The position numbers and the translations under genes were made by a program. Below, piece after piece: positions 12,174 through 27,000 of a stretch of 64,000 nt of DNA; the first letter of the stretch is position 1, and each line of letters starts with the position of its first letter. The DNA comes from Lingula anatina (lineage: Eukaryota; Animalia; Brachiopoda). The notes beneath the pieces are model-generated. The model was not told the DNA's origin and did no database searches. It saw only the letters and a program-made list of their open reading frames with translations. The stretch spans positions 24,118,001 to 24,182,000 of the forward strand of contig CM120646.1 in the NCBI GenBank assembly GCA_051362555.1, read 5' to 3'.

Positions 12174-15100
12174 GGGCTTAGTTTTCTTAAGCCTCAAGCA
12201 AAATGAAAAATTAGCATCTTGAAAAATCCATCGCCGTGCAGAATTGGAAAATTACCTGACGCTAATATAAGGCTTGCGCTTTCAAGCAAGTTTACGTCAG
12301 TCATATATCTTGTTACGGGCGACGTTAATTGCAGAATATCTAACGTGGAAATAACTTTCTCCTCTGACATAACATGGATGATGGCAGCAGGAATTGATCG
12401 CCTTTTTTAGTTTCGTGCAAATACAGGAGCTGCACATAGCTATCTCCAGTGTGATTGCAACAGTTGTGCTTTATATTACAACCGTACAATACGGCTCTCT
12501 TGAACGTTAACCGCAGACCAGGACATAATGTTGGGCTCCATGACAACCATACACAATGTTAACCTGTGACCAAAACAAAATGTAAAGCACGTGACTGCAT
12601 GACGTGTATTTGAAACGAGGCGTCTTTTCGCCAGAAGTTTTGCAACGTAAAGAGTTCTGTACGAGTGGAACTTGCATATCGGCACACATTCAATCAGTTG
12701 TGATTATCTAATAAAACAAATAATAAGACCGCCAAACGACAGGGAAAACACGCAAACAAGTTGACAGGTTGATGTCCTTGAATTATTTACCAATTCAATT
12801 ATGGACTAACAGCAGTATGTGAACACGGTATTCTTATTATCAACAGTTTCGGAATGAGTAAAATGAGAATAATTCGATTTGTTAAGTTCTTGCTGATGAA
12901 ACAAAATGGATGGCATTTACTGACAAACTTCATGTTGCCACTGATCAAGGACATTCACAAGAGGTAGACACCAAAGTGTTCGCCTTTTCAGAGAACATAT
13001 AACAACAACATTATGATGTACGTCGAAGGAAATGAAATCAAACAGCAAAGGTTCCCATGAGACGAGAGTCGCACTGAAGGTTGTATGTATTACCCTTTGC
13101 GTGTAAAATGGTAACATACTCAAAAGAACTTACAAGATAACAAATTGTTCAAAACATGACAATTGCCAGCATTGCAGTCAGCAGTGTATTGACCTGAGCC
13201 TGCGGGCCTCACTTAATTAAGTCATTTCCAGCGGAAATGATAAACAGAACAGTGCCATAGGTCTCTAATCCGCAACCGCTCTCGTGAAGAGATGTAAAGA
13301 CTAAATATCCAATTTGCAAGACTTTTAACATGCTTAACTTAAGTAGATTTATACTGTTTACCTGTCAGAACTTTATGTCTTGAAGTCAGTTAAAAAAGGA
13401 CTATTATATGGCGAAGTTGGCACCATTCCAATAGACTGTATTTTTCTCTCTATTATGATAAACTTTGTCGGGTGTAGAGGCAACAATACCACTTGTATCC
13501 TCTTGTCTGTTGTGATTCCCCTCTAGATCTTAAACGTGATGGAAATTCTATATGTATATGTGTAATCAGGTTGTGGACAATTGGCTTAACCTATCGTGAA
13601 CACTGAAGGAGATATGTCTTGTTAACAGCCTGTGGGGGGTACCTTAGCTAAACACTTGTGAGCCAATAGCCACTGAAAACAAAGTTGGTCAAAAACATAT
13701 TTGATATAGTACCTTGAATACATACTAAATTCACAGCTGTCTCTAACACATGCATTTCTCACATGACATACTTCTAGTGTTTGCAATATTGAAGGATATG
13801 CTTGGCAGTTAAGGTTTCGACTGCCAACATTTTGATTTAAATTTTGCTCTTTTTACTGTTATTAAGACGCACTTGGTCACCTGCATACTGCGTGAAAACT
13901 GTCCCTGTTTCCTTGCTATGTAATAAACTCAGATCACTTTAATGATGTCCCAATTGTCCGTTCACAAGGGATAATCTGGTATTCCGATTACCGAAAACGA
14001 TATTTATGGCAACTTATTTAAGTTTTCATCTAGGACACGTTAATAGAGACCTTTAGTGGCATTAAATTTAATTACCTCCATTAGGAAAGGCTTCGAGGTA
14101 GAGACGCGACCCTCGGAGCAAAAGATCGAATGCTGCTACTGTATACAATTATGGATGGATGGTGCATTTTGGGCTCTTATAACTTAAAAAGCGTTTAGGG
14201 CATTTGCAGGTCGCTTTTTTGTCTTTTTTATTTCTTTAATATGTTCCCTTTCTGCTAACTTTCCGCACACACGTGAAGTGCACTACATATCTGGACTGAC
14301 GGTAGCCATTTTGAAAGTATGTGTTTACTTAGAACCCTAGTATCAGCACTTATCTGCCATACTGTTTAATAACAATTAACTAGGGATGATGTTTCTGAGT
14401 CACGCAACAGTGTCTATTACCTTTCTCGATATGGTTGACATCAGGAAGTTAAAAAGCTAACATAGCGGATAATTTAAGCATAAATATACAGGGCATCAGA
14501 TCAGTTGGTGCGTCAAAGTATCGCCGATCAATACTATATCTGTCAGGCCATCCCTTTGTTCTTTATACTACTCCGTATGGTACAAGTGCTCTTACTTTAC
14601 TTGACGGTACAATAAAGTACAATCAAATATATTGGTGGATCTTCACGTCAACATGGTACATATAATTCAATAACAGACATATATAATCAACGTCACTGAT
14701 AATATATGTAAAACCCCTCAAAACATCATCATAGCACCCACTACCATCTGGATACACACGTAGGAAGCATTCCGTATCAAAGACCCAGTATATACAATTT
14801 ATTATTTATGGTGAACGGAATAAACCATGCTGCTATTAGGAGAAAAATAACCCAGTGCTTTTCATCTCCCCGGACATTTAATGTACATAAAGGTTAATTT
14901 ATTGACAGTCTCAACTTTGCACAGATAAAATAATAGTGCTCGAAAGTAACTTATCCGCCATTTACATAATTCCAAAGGAAAGTGATCATGATGGCGACAA
15001 AAGTATTTTGTTTACCAATATAAAATATATTTTAATTTGAGTTTAATTTATCTTATTTTAGTTTGTTTGACTTTTTTGATAGGTCAAAGCAGTTAGTACT

Positions 15101-18100
15101 GTACATAATTGTCAAAATATCCAAACAGCAATGCTTCTTTTTCCAAACGGGACGAAGTTGCAGCGAAGAACAATATAACAAGCCATTACATAATTGGCCC
15201 AAATGAACCAATATCTCACAAAAGTCTTTGTAAATAAATCGACCAAAAACTTAATATACTATCATTTCAGGCCAATAAACTAGCGGTAATTCTATACTAT
15301 TGGTGACTGAGTTGGACTGAAATAAATCAGTTATTGCTGCTGTCCACATAATGAAGTCCCTTAATGTCTCTCTCCGACAACAGACGGATTTTTTCTGATT
15401 TGGTTGGTGACAGTAGTCTTATTAGTTTTGTCTGGGTTTCCAATATCTAATAGAAAGCAAGACAACGGTTCCAAATAGCTATAACATATCTATTGGTTTG
15501 TTCCGCTACCCTGCAATTAAACATCGTTACACGGCTAGGCACTGGCTCTTTCATAGTCATTAGCTCTTCATGAAGTTATGTCAATCGGTTGACAAAATAA
15601 AATTTGACACCAAAAGAGACAAAAAAATCCAACTTAAAGGGAGGGTGATGCACTTGGCGTACTGTTACTTCATGTGGCGGTGTTGGGGACTCATGTTTAT
15701 AACAGTTTTGTACACGGAGTCACCGTTACACATAGAACATGAAACATTATATGTCGCTTCAATGCACATCCATTAACATGCTCCATTAACATCAGGAAGT
15801 TGTTTCACCGTTTACCCCACTGTGTTAACTTTGAACTGTTCCAAAAAAACACCAAACAATACACATACCTTTCCTGGGATCCTTTGTGCGCATGCATTGT
15901 TGGTAATAGAAATCCTGCAAATGCCTGAAAATACATGTGAGCGTCACCTACTTTCTTCGGAGAATCACCAATTGAATACAGAGGGCATCAGTTCAGAACT
16001 GCGTTTATGTGTTAACTCTACCTTTAGAAAAAACACTCCAATCTCTCCGGTAATTAGTTTATGGTCAGTCTTTCAATCTGTAAATCTTTCACTGATTCTC
16101 TTTAATAAACACTTTATGTCCCGTGCTAGAATACCACAGGCGCATTATTGGCTCATTATTAGGGTTATGTAACTAGGGTTCTTTTGGTATTTTGTGATCG
16201 ATCATAATCAACGGCCTTTAGGATTCATTTCATTTCAACCAATACAGTTCTTGAGGTCGAGCGATATTTATTCCTCGGTGGGTGCTATGGCATCTTGAAG
16301 GCAAATCGTCAGCAATCCCTATCTGTTTTCTAGTTTGATTTTCAGTAATTGGATTGTTATAAACCAAAGCTCAATTGTGGCATGCAATGATTGTTACAGA
16401 CCCGTGTCCACCGTGAGTGGTATAGATGTATGTTAAGAACTCCATGCACTCTTCACATACCTCGGCTGTGAAAAGTCGTTTTTACTTATCCTTTTCTCTG
16501 AAATACTTATCTTCATGTTATTACAAAAATGATGAATAAACACTATTATAGCACAAAGTCCATTTTTTGTTTGCTTCTTTAACTAACAAACCCGCTAAGC
16601 CACAGAGTGTGCATAGCCAAGCTTTATTCGCCAATTTCCGTAACTAATTAGTAAAGTGTAATCATGAAAAATGGCACGATTGACAATTACGGTGCGAACC
16701 ACAATCTCATGCCGGTATTTGATCTCATACTGTTTAGTTTATGAGATATGAGCCCCTAATTAGGTTGTTTCCATCAAACAAATAGTGTGGTGCTAGATAG
16801 TCCATTAGGTATGGCCGGAAAATACGCTTAGAAATGAACATGCTATTCCATTTTTGTGTAAAGTGTAAAATATTGGGAGTATTATAATCCCCAAATGCCC
16901 CAAAGTAATTACTTTGGGGTCCGTTGACCTCATTTTCGTTGTCATTATGCCATGATTTGAGCACTAAGACCGGGACTTTTTATCAATGTGGTGAGTTGAC
17001 CAGCTAAATGGAGCAGTCAAATTGTCTCATCCTCGTTTGAAATCTTGGCCATTAGTATTATAAGGAAAGCTAAGAGATCGCTTGGGAGTACTGATCAGCA
17101 GACGATTCAAAAAGATCATGGTCAAATCAACCTTCCAATTGGTTAAAAAGTACAAGGACAAAGAGTTATGCTTTTTGCTGTCTACTTTCGAAAAATTGGT
17201 ATATTTCACGTGCTTAGCGGACTTCAATATTTCATATGTTAGAATTTATTGAACAAAATGTATTAACATATATTACACTCGCAATTATGGAAATGGTTGG
17301 AAACTATATCGAGGGATCGAGGGATATCTTATAGACTAAGAGTTAAAGCTGCTATCCCTAGGGCGCGCGTTCAACTCTAAACATTTCAGCCCGAGGAGTT
17401 TCTTGTAATGACATTAGTGGATTCTACCCGGTACTTGAAAGTGTATGTCGTCAATGATGTAAAGGGAATATATGAACCCCAGGATACCTGTATATTCAAA
17501 GTGTATGGCCAACAAAAGTGTATGGCGTCTGTTGATCGGCATTTTCCAACCATTTTTTTAAGTCATGGGGTATATCATAAACAAGACAGAGTGAAGAACT
17601 TAACATTTGGGGAATTTGGGGAATAAATTAGGACTGCACAATAGCCAGTATTTTATTGGTGGGGGTGTAGGGGGTTAAGGCTTGCGGGTGGATGATTCAG
17701 TTTGATTGGCGATGTCACGGTAACCCCACCCCAACCCTACTTCTATTATCTTTTATCGAAAAGTTTCGGTGGCTGAAAAATATGGCGTCAAAGTCCATTG
17801 CTTTCGCAAAATGCGTCTTCATGTTTTCCTTTGGTTGCTTAACATGTGTTGCGGTTGTCTTACATTCTTGACACATACCAGGTTACTGAACTCCGTGCTA
17901 GCTACATATAGAAACGGAAAGTGAATGAACTCCACTCTAGCAATATGTAGAAACTAAAAGTTCAACACCAGGGCGGGTGGTTTCCTCCTTCATACACAAA
18001 CACATTCTACCTAAGTTTAATAAGTTGGCATACAGTTACTATGCTTACTTAAACGTTTTTCATCAATAAATAACATTATAATCATTATGTTTACTGCATA

Positions 18101-18318
18101 CACACCTAGGACGTCATTTTGTGGCAACATATATCTACTAAAATGACACATAAACGTTTGATGTAATACTTTTTTACATTTTTATGGAGTAATTGTTTAA
18201 CTTTTAAAGCCATGAGTTATAGATGAAAGGCTGGTGTCTCAGCTTAAAGACATATTATATCACTTCTGTCCTCTCAATACCTGTAAATACACTGTTTCAC
18301 CATATATTGCTATAACGT

Positions 18319-18401
18319 ACCGGAAGTCAGTCACGTGACTTTCATCCTCCGCAGATTTCTGCGCACTGCCTGACACCGTTTGTTCTTCTTTGACGCCATT
18401 T
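18319..18401. promoter_or_regulatory. Housekeeping-promoter-like motif cluster (ETS, palindromic E-box, YY1-like)
   Basis: ACCGGAAGT (18319-18327), GTCACGTGAC (18330-18339), TGCGCA (~18360) and GACGCCATTT (18392-18401) fall within 85 bp. Confidence 0.3.
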
Positions 18402-20699
18402 GAATAAAATATTTCTTCTGGTTTATGGTTTCATAAGTTTTCAACATCAAAGCATCTTAACACGTAAAGGCCAATTAAAAGAAACTATTTATAATAAGGC
18501 ATGACATTTTTACTTCGCTATTCAGCACGTATAAATTTAACCACAAACAGACCAGTAGCAAAGTGTTAAATTTGATTTGATGCTGACGCACTTCAGTTGA
18601 ACCCTATGCGGACGAAAACATCCGGGTTAGGCAGGTTTATACCAGACTGGTTGAACTTTGGGTGGCTTCATTATCAAAGTGGACTGCACTTTGAACCGAT
18701 CTTGGGAGTAAACGGGAGCCATATGTACCACACTGTGGGACCATGTGGTGAAAACAGCGGCAAATCACGCTGAAACCAATGGGGTACCCTTCATATGCAG
18801 GTCAAAAACGGATTTCTTTTGCTCGGTGTTTCAAAGCTCACTAGAGTTCTGTTTTTGTTTGACGAAATCAATATAATGAGATGGGGGCCAGAACCTGCTT
18901 AAATGAAATACCACGATTCCATAGTTGGAAGGCCTTCTATTAGCATACAAATTAAAAAGCGCGCATTAACGATAGAGAAATATGCATACATATTAAATCA
19001 GCTGTGTTTATTCACAAATAAAATAGTTAACTTAGATTACCAGATAGTTGAAATTTATAAATAAAGGAAACCATATATTACACTGAATGTTTAGAAACGA
19101 GCGTCATTGTATTGACCAGTGTGGTGATTCTCTCTACAAAGGTGACAAGATATTATCTATACGGAGGCTGTGCTTACCATTCACTTATTGGCTTCCATGT
19201 ATCATTAGTCTCATTTCCAAAGGCAACAGTGTCTTAAGCTTTTTATCTCCCTGATGATCACACCGATCCCCTGTCAGGTAGAGTAATGAACAGCGCCCGT
19301 TGACGTTCACCGCTTAAAACGGCAATGCACTTTTTCAAAAGTTCATTTTACAATAATACCTATTAAATAATGGCGCACTTAATGTGGCTAAAACAATACC
19401 CACAATAAGCGTTCCAATTAATTATACATTACTGCAACATTATTTAATTATTCAACGCCATCTGTACATCTGTTTCTCTGTATTCGTGGTATATTTACAT
19501 AATGGCAAGGGTTGGTACTCTAAACGACCTTGGTTTGCTTTGTAGTCAGAGTTATATTTATAAAAGTTATCTGTACACTCTGACTTTGAACTAAAATTCC
19601 TCATTGTTCAACAATTTGATTTAACTTGTCTAGGATAATAGCGTCACGTAATGAAATGGCAGCGACAACGTATCTTCTCAATAAAATGGGATCAAAGTTT
19701 TGCCACAAATCGTGGCAAAAATCTGTTGTCATTGTACAGTAATGTCGCCCCTCCGACAGTCAACAAAGCTGTGCCGTATTCTACTTAATTATCGAACTTC
19801 TGGGGGTGAAACTACAACATAAGTTTACATATCACTATTCCAAACGTCATATAAATGTCAATCACTTGATATAATTGTTCTATTTTCGATGATGCTGATG
19901 AATTCGTGATTTGTTTTCCCTGGAGTTCAAACCTCACATTACGCGCACTGACGTTTTTAAGTAGCCATTATCTTTTGCTCCCTTATACCAAACCCGCCTA
20001 CATTTCTCTATCTGATTACATACATTAATAAGCAGGGACCTGCCAGTTTGTCAGTAACGGTTCAACTAGACTGTAATAAGTATTAATAACCATGAGAAGA
20101 CAGCCGCCTGTTTATGACTACGAGGACTGCAGATGCAATTGGTGTGAAGACCTCTGTAGCTGACAGTATCCAGGAGAAGATCACCTCCAGAAAATTAAAA
20201 TTTAACAGACAAAAATAAAATAGCGAGTTGCTGTTTTTTAGTAAATATTGAAACCCTGCGAGTGAATTGCCATTACATTGAATCAGACACAACCCGTTTA
20301 CGTTAACGCATATATCTCAATAGCCACTACAGAAAGTACGCGCTTGGATGCGACGTACCCTTTATTCTGGTTCATTGCAGATATCGAATTTTTGGTTGAA
20401 GAATCCTTTGAATCGGAGGGCAATCTTAATTAAACCATCGGACAAAACGGGAGTGAAGCCATTTGGAATGTACAGAGATGTGACTAGTGCATTTGTCGTT
20501 GACATTTTATGAGCACTGTAAGACTGGGTTCCCATACCTTGATCGATCTAACAGGATCGATCCATCTCCAAGGTGTTGCTTGTTAAATTACTTTCAGCTC
20601 AAGCCGCTTAAATGTGTGGCATGCCTACTGAAGCAGTTCAACGATAATAAATTACACTCTAGAAGCTTCAGTAGGCGTGGCAGACATCTACGCCGCTTA

Positions 20700-21300
20700 G
20701 GTTGTTTGCAATTTAGCAAAAATCCTCTTGGAGATAGATCGTTCCACAGTTAGTACGATAGGGTCTGGGAATGCTCCCTAAAGCAGAATCTACTTACTTC
20801 CTGTCCACTGGGTGTGCTGGTAATCTGTCATAAAACCACTGTATGGCACCCTGTGTAATTTCAAGTAATCAACGGGAATCATTCCTCGCCAGATATACCA
20901 TTTGTATATGTATTTGTCAGTGGGGCGATTTCACACCTACATGAAGGTGCTGAAAGAGTACATCCCTGTCTATGTTACATAAGACAAGTCAAGCATGGCC
21001 TTTGACTTACTCCAGATTCCCAGCTGGGTGATTACACAGATCATGGCAAATAGCAACCGCTGATCAGTTTAAGAGGTGTAAGTGCGAGTTAGTGTCATTA
21101 CAGTCAAATTTGATGGTTTTTTTCCAGAGAGGCTCATACTTAAGTTCTGTATACTGATATCATAGGAAAGTATCTACCTGGATCCGTCCCCCTAGACCAA
21201 TACTGCCTTATCTGCGTGAGCGAAGTGCCAGTTGGAACAGTGTTTGGATGGACTGCCAAAAAGTCTTATCTTCATTCTCCGATGAGACTGGTCTACAGAG
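20700..21300 (-). mobile_element. Probable highly decayed LINE (CR1/L2-like) 3' fragment
   Basis: Minus-strand translation gives FPDPIVL/LWNDLSPR (~20730-20775), resembling the LINE ORF2 C-terminal FPRTIxxWNxLP, and HADKAVL (~21200), weakly resembling YADD. Many stops and frameshifts. Confidence 0.3.
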
Positions 21301-22017
21301 GGTTATCATTGCTGCATTACATAAAGATGCCCTACTTGTCGGAGGCCAAGCATAACAAGACAAGCTAAATGTGAATGATTTCTGACGTATTATCTATACA
21401 TCATAGCAGAGTTGAGTAGACGGCTCAGAAAGAAAACTTTTCCCGGCTGATTTCTCTCTTTTAGACAAAATGGGTGTTGAGTCTTGTCTTGAACCCTGGC
21501 TCTGAGAAGGTCATGGGGGGATTGTATTACTTTGAATGAGAAAAGACAATTTCCGGGACAATTGTGAAAAACTGAGCAGATATGGACATGAGTTATAAGA
21601 TTCTTGCTGGTGATCATTTCTTATCAACAGATATAACATCATCAAAAACATTAGAAGCTATAAAATATAATACATTAAATATCTCTTTAAATAATGCATT
21701 AAGGGGCTTGCTGTAGTAAATGTATAAAAAGCATAGTCTCGATATATTGTTTATTAAGCTTGTTATCACCACAGGTGTAATCAGCTCGCAATACGCAATA
21801 CCAGCAAGAATCATACATTATTTATGCTCTGCAAACTACTGGATTATAGCCATCATGACAAAAACGAACTATCCAGAGCTTATAGGAACACTTGAACCAA
21901 GCGTCGGTCAAGCGTGGATTTCCAGTAATGCATATGAACCAGTTCTATTTGTATGCTATGCAATTCAAATACCAATGAATAAACCGAATTAATCACTCGA
22001 TCAGGCATAAAAGAGCT

Positions 22018-22212
22018 TTAAAGGGCACTTTTTTCAGATTTCTGGTCATAACTGTGACCTACTAATCTTCCTTTAATATATAGCACAAAAAATATTCAAA
22101 TATCTTTTCATGGTAATATGAAACGATGTCTTTTAGTATTGTACTATCTGAAAGTATGTGGTGGCAATTTGTCGACTTTTCTGGCGAAAATTGTCTACAA
22201 ATGCATCTTTAA
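22018..22212. mobile_element. TTAA-flanked short non-autonomous element
   Basis: Begins TTAAAGGGCAC and ends GCATCTTTAA. A diverged copy of its left end and upstream flank lies in the intron at ~30484-30545. Confidence 0.45.
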
Positions 22213-23892
22213 GATCATGGATATTAAACCAATAAATTTTTGCCAGCATTTCTCCACAATAATGCTTCATGTCGGTATAGTTGCATCTCTAAACCATACA
22301 TAAGTAGTGAAAACATGCTCATTACAGTGGCGTATTATGGTATCTTAGTTCACGGCTATGTGCTCTACAATCATACATATACATATATCACATGCGGGTC
22401 CTGCCCCGCCTCCCTTACCTTGTGCTCTTCGTACAAAGGCGTGTCTCTTTACTATCATTTTTGTACCTCTAGGCAGTAGTAGGTTAATTTCGTTACATGG
22501 GACAATGGTATATTGTGATCCCCACTTAAGGAATTAAATGTGTTGATCAGCATTTGCCTAATTATACCTACTGTGGGCTGTTGAAACAGTAAGGTGTATT
22601 AAAGCACGCTCTAAACGCTATAATTATATAATCGTTATAATTTATAAGTGTATTAAATATATTAGTTTGATTTGTGTCTTGCTAGGTTAGAAAGTACGCA
22701 AGCACTGTTCAACATGAGATAATTCAAAACATAATCATTTACGGCCATCAAAAGACTCTGGGCAGTCCTCTCTGTTATGTAGGTTTTACCTGGGACGTAC
22801 GCTATCAGCTTACCGTGGGCGAAACCGTTGGGTGGTCATTAAAATCACTCTGTCGTCCCGCTCAAGGAAAGTCAAACATTGATTTTCTTATCATGGTAAA
22901 GAACAGTTTTCTGAGAGTGCCTATTTTAAAACACAACGCGACTGAAAATACCTTAAAAGGACGTGCACAATACGTACTATAAATACATGCAAATAATTTC
23001 ACTAAGGTACACGTTACCTGGTCGCATCCGCTTCACTGCAAAGTCAGGTCGACAAAAGGTGCTAAGAGCCACACCCCCACCAGCACTCGTACCGTTCTCT
23101 ACCACTGGCGCTCATGCTCCTGAGCATGGTACTGAGAGAAATTCCGGAATGCTATCAGCGAGCAGATAAGAACGGAAAACTGCACTGGTTGAAATGGATG
23201 ATGACTGTCCATCACCAAATAGAACATGTAGAAGTTCGAGATAGCGTCCAGAGATATAAGCCTCTAATCTCTCTAGAAAATTCTGTTGGTTTTTTTGCCG
23301 ATGTCAAAAAGCCAAATGTATCGCTACACAGTTCAACAATAAGATCTATAAGTACAGACACCCGCTGCGTCTAAATTTACTTCCTGGCGAAGTCGCAGTA
23401 CAGTGAAGTACTTCTGAACTGCGCGCGCATGATTTGAATCTCTGATTTAATCCACCATCAGATCAAAGAGCGCCTTGGATGTGAGGAGAAGCAGAGCAGA
23501 ACGTATATTGTTATCTAAACGTTCTGGGGCGTAAAGAACTCTCTCTTAACATTTTGTCTGTTAACCGAATATTTTGCCTGAATCTTGCTTGAAATCGCTG
23601 AACCAAGTGACAAGCGCATTTAAAGTAACGCGCATAAAATTCGCCTTCACCTGAACAGGTAATTCAGTTGTGACCACGTCTGTCAGAGTGAACAGACAAA
23701 ACAGTCAACAGGTAAATCAAAATTTCAGGATCTATCATAAATGAAAACTTTCTGACTAGAAATTGCCATAATTTACCTCCAACGATATTATCAATAGAAA
23801 GCTTGATGGAGATTTAAACGCAAACCACCTTCCAACTGTACTCTGGCACAATAGCGTCCTGTAAGCAAAGCGTGTCAAAGATTACCATCAAT

Positions 23893-24070
23893 ACCCCACT
23901 GCCCACTGAATTGTGATACCTTGGGTCAATGAGTAAGATATTTGGACCCCCCTCCCCCCACTGCCCACTAGATTACGTTACCTTGGGACATCAATGAGCA
24001 AGAGATTGGGAATACCCCCCCCCCTCCCCCCGCACACTCGGTTACACTTCATTTGGGGTTAATGAGGAAA
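23893..24070. repeat. Diverged tandem repeat, ~3 copies of a ~62-70 bp unit
   Basis: A recurring CCCCACTGCCCACT...ACCTTGGG..CAATGAG.AAGA..TTGG pattern separated by C-runs. Confidence 0.55.
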
Positions 24071-27000
24071 GCTTTGGGGTTGCTTGACATGTGCGTCGTT
24101 GAGTTTTCAAAAAGGGTTTGTGAAGCATACTAGGTGGTTTAGACATAATCTTATCGTGTTTCCACGTCAATGCCAACAATAAAACAATTACTATCTGAAA
24201 GAAACATCAAAAACTTACCGTGTCTTACTTTCATGGCAGTTTGTTCGATGAATTTTTGATAGTCACTTAGTCCTTAAAAACATATTGGCCGTGTTCACCC
24301 CGAAAAGAAAAACGGAAAGTTCTTTTTTTTGTAATTTCGGCTTGTTAGCCTGCCATTAATCTCAAATTTCCCAGTCATTGACCTTCCCATGTGCCTGGTT
24401 TGCCACATGCAATAATATGTGAGTTCAGTGCAGAAGGAACAACAATACATTGTGGATCACATCACTGTAGACCCAGGTCTTGTTAATTCTTAGGACTGGA
24501 GTCATAACGCCCATGTATATAAGTCCTGTGGTAAATAATGAGTCTGTTTTCCTTGCAGCAAAGCTTCTGGCTAAACTGGTAATTAATCAGGTTATTTCAT
24601 GGCTATAATAGCCACACAGTTGGGTGACTGACCTTTTCCATGGCGCTCTCAACTGGTCACATAACGCTACACAGAGAGGAGGGGGTTAGGATGGGGGCAA
24701 GAATATAGATTGTTCTGAATCTATCACTGTTCACGTGACTTCAGCAAAGGATGGGGGCAATGTTGCTATGGCTGTTGGTAGACAAGTTACCTCAAAATGT
24801 TTTAACATATTTTGTGGATATTTAGGGTCGCAGTGAACAAAAATGAAAGAAATAATCGCGATTTCGGCTAAACCCAGGTTTCCTAATATTTTAAAATATC
24901 TTTATTGCCTGTTTCCTCAGCGTTGGTCTGGCCACTTGTTTGGGTTGGAGCTCACTTTGCCCACATACATACATATGACGCTCATCAACAAGGTTGGGGA
25001 GATGCTTGGAGGTAGGAGAACAATGAAAAAAGAGAGAGTGTAGTTGACAGTTCTGAAAGTTCTGCAGTACGACCACGCAGATGAATGCCTTGTTGATGAG
25101 AAATAAATAATGTAAGCAACCCGATCAGATCGTCCCTCTGTGTTTTGTATAAAGCTCGTGGTCATTGATTTACTTATGTAATACCTCATATTAACAGTTA
25201 TGCGCCAACAAGGAACAGAAAAAAGGGACGGGGAGTTTTGAAGTGGCCACTGGGACGAAATAGTATGAATTCTTTTCCCGTTTTAAGGTTGCGGTAATGG
25301 TTTGAAATTTTAGGCAAATATGCGTTAGTTTGATTAGCGTGACAATGTCAATGGAAGTGAGAAACAGAACAAAGTAAAAAGAAACGTGACAGCTGGACAT
25401 TCTTATCAGCTGAATAGTGTTAATTACATTAAAAACTCCGCATGCACACACACGCACACACACACACATATAAAACAAAAGCAGTAACTCTGATAATGGA
25501 AATTCTCCATTTACACTGGCAACAGAAAATATCTACCATAGCAGTTGGTTTTGGTTGCAAACCATTCAATTAGTTTTTATTCTCACTTTGATAGCAAATA
25601 AGTCTATATTAATTAGCGACAGATATAGTTTAAGGGCAATTCAAAATCTGTTTTCTGAGAATAAGTTTTCATGCTGTAACCTTGAACAAAACAAGTTCTA
25701 AGAAACGGATAAAGTTGATTGAATAACAGTAGATTCTAGGAAATGTAATAACTGCAATCTCAACCAGGGTTGTTAAAATCATACAATACTCTGGAAAAGA
25801 CAAGAACCCAATAAACACAGTGTCCGTCGTGTATCTAACTGGCCCAGTGTGAGCTATACTACCAGGCACTTTAGTTCCTGGGTACTAATCAATTTCGTCT
25901 ATTCGCCCACAGCGAAACGCTTCATTAATCTGCTTCATAATAGTGATAATATTGTGACACTTTTGATTTAAAACTTTGTAGTGTCTCGTTCAAAAGATGG
26001 CATTTACAAATGTAACAACACATATTTGGTTATACTTATAGAGCTCTGAACCCTCATATTTTTAACCCGGCAAAAGTTTTTCCCCAACTCACGTGGTTTA
26101 AACACATTCAAGCACGGTTTAAGCACTGTTCTAATTCCTGACCAATGTGGGATGTATTGATGACATACTGTACCAGAATGATAGAAAACGAGGGCATGAC
26201 TCTTCTCTGGGAACATTAGGTACACAGTGAGACATGCCATTAAACAGAAAACTTCAAAGCATTCATTCAGAACAGGAGGTCATAGAAGATACGTTATTAA
26301 AATTGTATTAATGTAAATGTGATACCGCCTGTGTGATCCATGGTGGCTTTGAAGTCAGTAGCTTCCTCCGCGTCTCAAGAAAAAAATGGCATCGATATCA
26401 GTTCAAGGGAAGGACAAGTTATCTCATTTTTGGCATTAATTTTCTTTTGAACTTCTAATAACCTTATCTTAACACGCTACCAAGTCTTTTCCCTTTCCTG
26501 TGAGTTGTTGACAATGTTGCCTCGGAAGATTAAAACTAATAGTGCTTTAAGATAATTTACACAGAAATGAATTTGATTTCACAGAAAGAAATGTAATAAC
26601 CTAGATGCTCCTATTTTTTGTCTGAAAATATTAACTAAACACCAAATGATCGCCTGCTATCAATGCGTTTATCATCATTAAGTTGAATTTGGAGAATAGT
26701 TGAAAAAATGTCCACATAAATTTGGGAAAAAACTGAACCGACTGAGACTGGCACCTCTGCAGTGTCAACGACCCCCCAACCCCTGGACTTCCATTCCTAG
26801 GACTACCATTCCTGTCACTCCTGTGAAGGATTTCTATAATGCCAGTGTATATGATCAACTAAGAAGAGGAAAACTAACACTACACGTTAAAGAAAGACAT
26901 TGTCAAATGCTGCATGGTTTCTGTACTGTTGGGAAATCTTATTTGTTCCATTATGTTCACAGCAATGAGCGGACTTCCTCTTTGTACATGTATCAAGTAT

